32,000 nucleotides of DNA from positions 54,183 to 86,182 of the forward strand of contig NZ_JBLZNH010000004.1 in NCBI RefSeq assembly GCF_051194135.1, given 5' to 3'. Within the stretch, counting starts at the first letter, position 1, and every line of letters starts with the position of its first letter. This document shows positions 7,772-14,663 of the stretch, piece after piece. This DNA comes from Halorubrum sp. HHNYT27. Lineage in GTDB: Archaea > Halobacteriota > Halobacteria > Halobacteriales > Haloferacaceae. The notes beneath the pieces are model-generated. The model saw only the letters and a program-made list of their open reading frames with translations, was not told where the DNA came from and did no database searches. Made by a program: the position numbers and the translations under genes.

Positions 7772-8380
7772 ATGAGCAGTGAGCAAAAGTTGGCAGCGCT
7801 GGCAGAAGACATCGCGACGGTCATCTCGGCTGTCGATCGGAACACCGAGGGACAGTACGGAGACGGAATCGGGTCCGAGGACGAGCCACGGCAGGTAAAA
7901 CTCCTCGTCGAGGAGTTACAACGACACGGTTCGCCGTATCGAGACACGCGATTGGAGGTCCCATATCCCGATAGCTCCGAGAGCTGCGATCTCATCCTCC
8001 CGGACGGGATCCCGGTCGAGTGTAAGCTGCTCCGATACTGGCGAGCAAACGGCGCTCCGGAGGACTCGATGCCGATGCGCGTTTTCAGCCCGTTTCACGA
8101 GCACACCCTACTGAGTGACGCCCAAAAGTTGAGCGAGTCCGGTTTCGATCGCGACGGGGGATTGCTCGGACTGTTCTACAAGCGGTCGGATGACGACCCA
8201 GAAACTGTCGCTAGTCTGCCCGACCAGTTTACGGCGGAGCGTTTGGCCGACAAGACGGCTCGCGATCTCGAGTACTGGTTCGATATCGAGGTCGATGTCT
8301 GTGGAGTTGCGAAATTCGACAACCTGCGGCATCCGGTACAGGCGCAAGGAGCAGCGATCACGTGGGGAATTCGCTCATAA
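7772..8380 (+). CDS. PD-(D/E)xK-fold nuclease-like protein (uncharacterised)
   Basis: The core motif is SCD73LILPDGIPVE83CK85 (nt 7988-8026), preceded by a helix carrying acidic residues (LLVEELQRHG). The stop lies 8 nt before the next gene. Confidence 0.55.
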   Translation: MSSEQKLAALAEDIATVISAVDRNTEGQYGDGIGSEDEPRQVKLLVEELQRHGSPYRDTRLEVPYPDSSESCDLILPDGIPVECKLLRYWRANGAPEDSMPMRVFSPFHEHTLLSDAQKLSESGFDRDGGLLGLFYKRSDDDPETVASLPDQFTAERLADKTARDLEYWFDIEVDVCGVAKFDNLRHPVQAQGAAITWGIRS

Positions 8381-8388
8381 AAGAGTAG

Positions 8389-9267
8389 ATGAGTCATTTA
8401 ATGAGAAAGATCAACAAATCGGACTACGACGCCGCCGATTGGATGGGGTTCGACTGGTCGTCGTGGCTAAGTCTGGATCCGGCCGATGGCGAACTTTCCC
8501 GTATCTCCACGAACCCAGGGATCTACCGCGTTCGACACCTCGATCGAGACGGGCTGACATACATCGGCCAGACCGGGCGCAGCCTCCGAGGTCGCGTACG
8601 TGCTCTCTCGGGGTGCTACAACGTGAAAATGCCGTACACCGACCCGCACGTCGCGGCGCCGAGCCTCTGGGCTGTGCGTCAGGAGTACGGTCCCGAGTTC
8701 CAGGTATCGGTCGTCGAGCCCGACGATGTCGACAAGCGACGGCGACGGCTCTCGATCGAGGAAGCACTGATCGCGGTGTACCGCCGGGAATCTGGCGAGA
8801 ACACGACGGCGAACTTCGGTCGCATCATCGACGGCTACAAACGGTCGAGCATGCGGTCAAGCGGGTTCACCGGCGGGACACTCACCGACGACGAAACTGA
8901 GTCAAACTCGGCACCCGGCATCGGGCCGCTACCATGGACCGACGCGGACGAGCCAACGAGTCGATCGTGGATGGGGCTCGACTGGACGGCACCGGAGCCG
9001 CTCGCGAACGCCTACGGACTCCCGACCGATCCCGGTGTGTATCGAATCTGGGACCAAGATGAACCGGAACCACTGGAGTACATCGGGCAGAGTGGGAACC
9101 TGAAGAGTCGGCTCTATCAGCATCGTCGGAATCGCGACGCGGAGCTGGTGTTTAGCTATGCGATTCTCCGTGAGGGCGATGAGAAGCACAAGCGGGAACA
9201 GGTCGAGACCGACCTGATCGGCGCACACTGGCTGGCGACTAAAGAGGCGCCGCGAGAGCAGTTCTGA
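8389..9267 (+). CDS. tandem GIY-YIG nuclease-domain protein (uncharacterised)
   Basis: Module 1 reads PGIYRVRH-x7-LTYIGQTGRSLRGRV...IEEALIAVYRRESGENTTANF. Module 2 reads PGVYRIWD-x8-LEYIGQSGNLKSRLYQH...REQVETDLIGAHW. Each module is preceded by a WMG(F/L)DW motif. Confidence 0.7.
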   Translation: MSHLMRKINKSDYDAADWMGFDWSSWLSLDPADGELSRISTNPGIYRVRHLDRDGLTYIGQTGRSLRGRVRALSGCYNVKMPYTDPHVAAPSLWAVRQEYGPEFQVSVVEPDDVDKRRRRLSIEEALIAVYRRESGENTTANFGRIIDGYKRSSMRSSGFTGGTLTDDETESNSAPGIGPLPWTDADEPTSRSWMGLDWTAPEPLANAYGLPTDPGVYRIWDQDEPEPLEYIGQSGNLKSRLYQHRRNRDAELVFSYAILREGDEKHKREQVETDLIGAHWLATKEAPREQF

Positions 9268-9294
9268 TTGACGTTGGCCAAGAGGCTATTTCGC

Positions 9295-10164
9295 TTAGTT
9301 CAACGGGTAATGTCGCTGCTCTGCTTTTTTGATCAGTTCCTCATTGAACGCGTCTCTATCCTCTCCTTCGTGAACCCGACGGTGGCAGTTTGCACAGAGT
9401 GCGATCACATTCTCGGGCTCGTCAGCGCCGCCGTCGGCCCGTCGATAGAGGTGGTGGACTTCGAGGTAGGGATCGCCGCTCTTAGTGATGAACGGGGCGT
9501 CCTCCTCACAGCCTTGACAGACGCCGTCGGCGTGCGCAAGCGCGTAGTCTCGGACAGCTTGCGATCGAGAGTACCGCTTCCGTTTTGACGTCGACGATCC
9601 GCCGGAGTTGCCGCCAGAACCGGACCGCGGGCTGCTCGCTTTCGCGCGTTCGTAGAGGCTTTGGAGATTGTCACCGCCAGTGTCGTCGAGCTCTACCTCT
9701 TCGCCGCCAACGGGTTCAAGCTCGAAACGGAACGCATCGCGGTACTCGTCGTTTTTGTCTTTGAGTCGGGCCTCCCGAACGCCGGTACATTCGAACTCGC
9801 CGACGTAGGTGACGACCCACGCTTCGTCGGTGTTCTCGAACAAGTGGAGCGACGTCTCGGTCCGCTTGTGGGAGTTGATTGCCGCGTTACCCTCATTCAT
9901 CTCCATGTCACCTTCGGTGCCCTCACCGGTGTAGAGGAAAGTTCCATCGTCGAGGAACTCGTCTTCGTACCCATATGTCTCACCCGAGTCGCCGGTGAAG
10001 AGGAATACGGCCGAATACTCGGTGGGCGTGGCGATCCCGCGGTAGCGCTGTCCACCGTAGATATCGTGGAGCGCTTTTCGATCGTACCGCTGACCTGGCG
10101 TGAAGCCGAGGTTGTCGTCGAGGTCGTCGTTGCTGAGGGGTTCGAGTTTCGATGACGAGGGCAT
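9295..10164 (-). CDS. SRA(YDG)-like domain fused to an HNH endonuclease (type IV, modification-dependent restriction enzyme)
   Basis: The ATG is at 10164; the track ORF begins at an upstream TTG. The N-terminal region YGGQRYRGIA...AVFLFTGDSGETYGYEDEFLDDGTFLYTGEGTEGD parallels the SRA block ...LAGGYEDD.D.G..F.YTGSGG. The C-terminal HNH is CQGC...EVHHL...NVIALCANCHRRVH. Confidence 0.8.
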   Translation of the reverse strand: MPSSSKLEPLSNDDLDDNLGFTPGQRYDRKALHDIYGGQRYRGIATPTEYSAVFLFTGDSGETYGYEDEFLDDGTFLYTGEGTEGDMEMNEGNAAINSHKRTETSLHLFENTDEAWVVTYVGEFECTGVREARLKDKNDEYRDAFRFELEPVGGEEVELDDTGGDNLQSLYERAKASSPRSGSGGNSGGSSTSKRKRYSRSQAVRDYALAHADGVCQGCEEDAPFITKSGDPYLEVHHLYRRADGGADEPENVIALCANCHRRVHEGEDRDAFNEELIKKAEQRHYPLN

Positions 10165-10346
10165 ATGCTCGTCAAATATCAACCTTTCCTTAATTTACTT
10201 ACTACATCATCGAAACAGAATACCTTCGGAAAGTAGCACACGACCTATTCTTGGCAGCATCCCTCATCCTGATCACATTGATAATAAGATGGAATAATAT
10301 GAATATCATAGCTATGTGATAACTGGAGTTCAGTTGATGGTAGAAA

Positions 10347-10352
10347 TTTATA
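10347..10352 (+). promoter_or_regulatory. TATA box (TTTATA) for a leaderless mcrB-like transcript
   Basis: It is centred about 28 nt upstream of the ATG at 10378, inside a very AT-rich divergent intergenic region (10183-10377). Confidence 0.45.
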
Positions 10353-10377
10353 TGGTTGTTATCAGTTAGTCATAGCA

Positions 10378-12864
10378 ATGGCGTCGCAAGCTGCAAAGCA
10401 GTGGCTTTCGTATTTTGAAACAATCGCTAACGCGGTTGACGTGCAAGTGGATCTCTCACCGACAGATATCTTCCAGATTACGTCGGACACAGCATCGCCT
10501 GCCGTGGGCAAGGTACGGACCTCCACCTATGGAACGCGTGATCAGCCCGCCATTTGGCAGCGATATGATCGAGAAATCGAACGGCTCAACGACAAGCGTG
10601 ATGAGCGGGTGTTTGCGATCCAACTTGACGTTCAGGACCGATCACGCTTCGATCCGGCACACGATCACTTCATCTTCCTCTCACAGGATCTCCTTGAAAA
10701 TGAGGCAAGCGAGACCGGCGATCTAACGATCGAGAGTGACGGACCGGGCCAATACGCAGCTCCCTTTCAGAGCCGCACAAACAACTGGAACGTTCTCTTT
10801 GAGTATCTCACCGGGGAATCAATTGATCGCGACCTTGGGGAACTAATTACCACCAGCGACCCGCCAACAGAGGAGTCCGATAGATCGTATTATTGGGTGA
10901 ACCAGAAGCGAGACATCGAGCTTGAGGGCGAATATCTTCGTTCAAGCGATACGAAGTGGCAGCGAGATCTGACAGTCATCGAACGAGGCGATGTTATCTT
11001 TCATTACACGGACCAAGCGATCCGAGCCTGTTCGGTCGCCACTGGTGGCGCATATCGAACGGCCCTCGAGGACGACGAATACTATCGGGTTGATGTCTCG
11101 ACGACCCAGCTTGACTCGCCGCTCCCACTATCAGTGATTCAGGACCAACTTCAGACCCCCGAGTACAAACAAAACAAACGTCGCTACCCGCTCGATAAGA
11201 ACGGCAACGTCATTCAGGCGTACCTCTGTCATCTTACTGATGACGCCGGACAGTATCTACTCAGGAAAGCAGATATCGACGTCCCGGACGTAGATCCGAC
11301 AGAGTCAACCAACTACTTCTGGATCACGGCGAATCCCGCGATCTGGTCCGTTGAGAGTATCGCCGACCACGGAGAGGTATTTTATACTGCATACAACCGC
11401 AACGGGAACAAACGCCGGATATTTGATGCCTTTGAAAAAGCCAGTCCTGGTGATGAAGTGGTCTTTTATGAGTCACAGCCGGTCCAAGCGATCGTCGCAA
11501 AAGGGCAGATCGTCGAAGGTCTTCACACGAGTGAACATGATGACTATGATGAACCAGTTGCAGGAATCACGATCGAATACACACGAGCAGTTGAGAAAAT
11601 CACATGGGAGCAGCTCACTGCAGTTCCCGCTATTGAGAACTCATCACCGGTGAAAAACCGGGCACAGGGTAGTCTCTTTACGCTCACCGAAGACGAATTT
11701 GAGTCGATTCTCGCCTTAGAAGCGCCCCGTACCGACGATGTGTCACAGGAGGCCGTTGATGCGCTCGCAGCGAAACTCACTTCGCCTGAAATTGCCGTCT
11801 CGATCCCCGACACGCTGTATTTCGATGATGCGGATCGACTACGCCGCGAGATTGAAGCGTCGCTCCGCTCCGGGAAACATATCATCTTCACCGGCCCGCC
11901 TGGCACCGGGAAAACCAAGCTCGCAAAAGCGATCGCGGAGACCGCTACGACGTACGACCAAGTCGATGATTACCGGTTTACGACAGCAACGTCTGAGTGG
12001 ACCGCGTTCGACACCATCGGCGGCTACGTCCCCTCCACAGGCGACGGTGGCCAACAGCTGCTATTCGAGCCACGACTCTTTCTCAACTGCTTCCGACAAG
12101 ACCAGATCGTCAACGAGTGGCTCATCATCGACGAGATCAACCGCGCAGACATCGACAAAGCCTTCGGCCAGCTGTTCTCTGTGCTTTCCGGCGACTCAAC
12201 CGAGCTCCCGTATGAACGCGATCGGACCGTCGAGCTCCGATCACTTTCGGGCACAACGACCGACGAGGAGCTCGCTGCCATCATTGAGAATCCGGATGCT
12301 TTCCCAGTCACCCCCTCGTGGCGGTTACTCGCGACGATGAACACCTATGATAAAACTTCACTGTACGAGATGTCGTACGCGTTCATGCGGCGGTTCAACT
12401 TCATTCACGTCGGCGTTCCTCCGCTGACGACCGACGACGAGAGTGTCCGCAGTTCACTGCTTGATCCTCACGGGACGACCAACTATGCGACCGCGTGGCT
12501 CACCGATAACAAGATGTTGGAGTCTGTTCTCGAGGAGAACTTCCAGGTTGTGACTGTGCTGTGGCAGCGCATTAACGAACACCGCACCATCGGCCCCTCT
12601 ATTGTCTACGATATTATTCGGTATCTGGACGCCTACACTGACAGTGGTGGCACGCAAGCTGATGCGTTGACGTCTGCGGTAATTTCGCTTGTCTACCCAC
12701 AACTTGAGGGGATGCGACCTGCCCAGCAGAAACAGCTGATTCGGTCGCTCACGGGCCAGACCGTCGCGACCGAACATGGCACAGTCGCACTCGATCTTGA
12801 TGGGACAATACTCCAGCAGAAAGCCGCCGATTTCTTCGGAATTGCATTTGAAGATGGCGCGTAG
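10378..12864 (+). CDS. mcrB: McrB-family AAA+ GTPase with an unknown N-terminal domain and two EVE/PUA-like reader modules
   Basis: Walker A is FTGPPGTGKTKLA, Walker B is WLIIDEINRADIDKAFGQLF, and the McrB signature region is LLATMNTYDKTS...MRRFNFI. Reader module 1 is YYWVNQ...RGDVIFHYTDQAIRACSVATG. Reader module 2 is NYFWITANPAIWS...PGDEVVFYESQPVQAIVAKGQIVEG...QGSLFTLTEDEFESIL. Confidence 0.85.
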   Translation: MASQAAKQWLSYFETIANAVDVQVDLSPTDIFQITSDTASPAVGKVRTSTYGTRDQPAIWQRYDREIERLNDKRDERVFAIQLDVQDRSRFDPAHDHFIFLSQDLLENEASETGDLTIESDGPGQYAAPFQSRTNNWNVLFEYLTGESIDRDLGELITTSDPPTEESDRSYYWVNQKRDIELEGEYLRSSDTKWQRDLTVIERGDVIFHYTDQAIRACSVATGGAYRTALEDDEYYRVDVSTTQLDSPLPLSVIQDQLQTPEYKQNKRRYPLDKNGNVIQAYLCHLTDDAGQYLLRKADIDVPDVDPTESTNYFWITANPAIWSVESIADHGEVFYTAYNRNGNKRRIFDAFEKASPGDEVVFYESQPVQAIVAKGQIVEGLHTSEHDDYDEPVAGITIEYTRAVEKITWEQLTAVPAIENSSPVKNRAQGSLFTLTEDEFESILALEAPRTDDVSQEAVDALAAKLTSPEIAVSIPDTLYFDDADRLRREIEASLRSGKHIIFTGPPGTGKTKLAKAIAETATTYDQVDDYRFTTATSEWTAFDTIGGYVPSTGDGGQQLLFEPRLFLNCFRQDQIVNEWLIIDEINRADIDKAFGQLFSVLSGDSTELPYERDRTVELRSLSGTTTDEELAAIIENPDAFPVTPSWRLLATMNTYDKTSLYEMSYAFMRRFNFIHVGVPPLTTDDESVRSSLLDPHGTTNYATAWLTDNKMLESVLEENFQVVTVLWQRINEHRTIGPSIVYDIIRYLDAYTDSGGTQADALTSAVISLVYPQLEGMRPAQQKQLIRSLTGQTVATEHGTVALDLDGTILQQKAADFFGIAFEDGA

Positions 12865-14218
12865 CCTCACTGAAGCGGAACTTCTCGACGCCACCGCCGC
12901 GGAGCTAAGCACCTACCTCCGAAGTGGCACCCTCAACACCCACGCATTGGCTGACTCACTTGCGTACGAGGGGCTCGATATCGACGACTGGGAGCGTGTC
13001 AAACGCATTCATTTCTGTCTCTCAACGCCGGTCCGTAAGTTTATCACGCAGCTCCCAGACCGTGTTCGACGGATCAAAACCGAACACCAACGCGACCAAC
13101 GTCCTACACGCGGGGAAGTCCGCGGCGCGATCGACTGGAGCGCGACACTCCGAACCCGTGCTGAAAGCGGATACGTTGACCAGAGCCGGTTCGTTTGTAA
13201 CACGCCGTACACCGAATACGACATCCCTGAGAATCGCGTGTTGAAACGGCTCCTATGGGTGATTCACCGTACAGTCAGCACCGATCTCGAGCCCATTGAG
13301 TACGACTGGCGCCACGAGTACTGGAGCGACGACCAGATCAGAGATTTCATCCGCCTGTACCGCCAGAATGTCCATCTCAATCGCATCAGCGATGGGCAAT
13401 CTCTCAGTGTCACCAGCCAGGATATGACTACCGCACGTCGCTCCCGTCTGTCGCTGTACACCGACGCCTATGAGCTGTACGATGCGTATCAACGCCTCCA
13501 AGCCGACACGTTTGATCCCGATATCACCGAGCTACTGGCGAACACGCTTGTTATTCCGACGCGTGCGCCGCAACTCTATGAGTTGTTTTGTTGTTTTCGC
13601 GTGATTCGTACCCTCAACGCTCACACCCCTGGCTTCAGACTGCAGCCGATTGATGGGGATACTGACGCACTTGCGCGCTTCAAATCTGATGATCGTCGTA
13701 TTGACGTGTATCATGACCGCACCGGGACGCTCAGCTTCTACGAGCCGCTAGATGGAGATAGACCGACCCATCCGCAGTTCGCGCGCTATCACGACGCGCT
13801 CACCGACTACGCGACAACCCTCGAAACACTCACCGGGAGTTCCCACGAGCCCGTCTTATACAACGGGCGTCCCGACCTTATTATTGAGCTGTATGACACT
13901 ACCAGCCAAGATGAACTGCTGACCGTACTCATCGGCGAAGTCAAGTATTCGGATGCGAAACAGACTTTCAAGCGAGGCCTTGCGGAACTCCTCACGTACC
14001 GTCGCTTTGGGACCGCCGATGACGTGTCTCTTCTCGACAACCCCGATATTTCTGTGGCCGGGCTGCTCATTACTAATGGGATCACAACAAGTGGAACAAG
14101 CGATCGTCTCGTCCATTGCAACGGCAGTGACCTTCTTGCTAACGACAGCGCCAGTTCACAGCAACCGGACTGGATCCGCCCGCTGACACAACAGCTTCCC
14201 GAGGCTAATAGCACGTAA
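12854..14218 (+). CDS. mcrC: McrC-like PD-(D/E)xK nuclease subunit
   Basis: The ATG at 12854 overlaps the mcrB stop by 11 nt. The C-terminal motif is RPDLIIELYD...VLIGEVKYSD (D...E-x-K). Size and position are typical of McrC. Confidence 0.75.
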   Translation: MARSLTEAELLDATAAELSTYLRSGTLNTHALADSLAYEGLDIDDWERVKRIHFCLSTPVRKFITQLPDRVRRIKTEHQRDQRPTRGEVRGAIDWSATLRTRAESGYVDQSRFVCNTPYTEYDIPENRVLKRLLWVIHRTVSTDLEPIEYDWRHEYWSDDQIRDFIRLYRQNVHLNRISDGQSLSVTSQDMTTARRSRLSLYTDAYELYDAYQRLQADTFDPDITELLANTLVIPTRAPQLYELFCCFRVIRTLNAHTPGFRLQPIDGDTDALARFKSDDRRIDVYHDRTGTLSFYEPLDGDRPTHPQFARYHDALTDYATTLETLTGSSHEPVLYNGRPDLIIELYDTTSQDELLTVLIGEVKYSDAKQTFKRGLAELLTYRRFGTADDVSLLDNPDISVAGLLITNGITTSGTSDRLVHCNGSDLLANDSASSQQPDWIRPLTQQLPEANST

Positions 14219-14296
14219 TCGTGCGTCAGATGCATTCGTTTGATACTACCCAAAATCACTGGGGACTCTGGACCAACTGTTCGCTAAGAGCGTGTC

Positions 14297-14503
14297 TTGA
14301 CCCCCGAAAACGACTGGAACACGTCGAAGACCTGTTCGCGGCGTGGTGACAATACACAGTCTAACCGCAAGCACCGTGGCTTGTACGCGTGTCAGTCGTG
14401 TAAATTGATCGGGAACGAAGATTGCAACGAGGTAGAGAATATGCGTCAGAAGATAACTCCGAGTCCTCGCGGTGAGGATAGGAGTAACGGCCGCTTGACA
14501 TGA
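14297..14503 (+). pseudogene. decayed 3' fragment of a TnpB (IS1341/IS605 OrfB-type) gene
   Basis: Translation gives NTSKTCSRRG-x11-YACQSCKLIGNEDCNEVENM. The TnpB C-terminal pattern is (D/N)TSKxCSxCG-x(10-14)-(F/Y)xCxxCG-x4-DxNAAxNI. Three of four Cys and the D/N/N positions are kept, while key Cys and Gly residues are mutated. A stop and probable frameshift lie just upstream at 14285, and no N-terminal part remains. Confidence 0.5.
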
Positions 14504-14597
14504 CCAGCAGTCCACCCGTCCGACGGTGTGAGACTACCCGCGCTCAAAAGGATTGGCAGTCCGGTAACTGGATTGCAAACCTCAAACTCCCACCGCA

Positions 14598-14642
14598 CCG
14601 GATTCCTCTGCGTTCACGCGGAGGATGTCAACGACAATCCGG
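14598..14642. other. compound stem-loop (possible fossil omega-RNA/IS right-end structure, or a terminator for the convergent genes)
   Basis: The outer stem pairs CCGGATT (14598-14604) with AATCCGG (14636-14642). The inner hairpin pairs CCTCTGCG (14605-12), TTCA loop, CGCGGAGG (14617-24): 8 bp with one G-U. It lies about 100-140 nt after the TnpB remnant stop and about 20 nt beyond the methyltransferase stop. Confidence 0.4.
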
Positions 14643-14663
14643 ATCTCTCTACGACTGGGCTGC

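Noticed and set aside
7378-7995. 205-aa minus-strand ORF running through the repeat-rich control region
   Set aside because: It is S/C/R-rich and non-acidic. It is antisense to both the small HTH gene and the 5' end of the PD-(D/E)xK gene, and it would bury the TATA/operator region inside a coding sequence.
9268-9294. TTGGCCAA palindrome (9274-9281) between the convergent GIY-YIG and SRA-HNH genes, considered as a bidirectional terminator
   Set aside because: There are only 4 bp of potential stem and no loop. A hairpin cannot form, and there is no adjacent T-tract.
14561-14590. tRNA-Cys-like anticodon loop wording (GGATTGCAAACC) as a possible tRNA or att fragment
   Set aside because: The flanking 5-mers (CTGGA and CCTCA) do not pair into an anticodon stem. 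No T-arm (GTTC.A.TC) or acceptor stem could be built.
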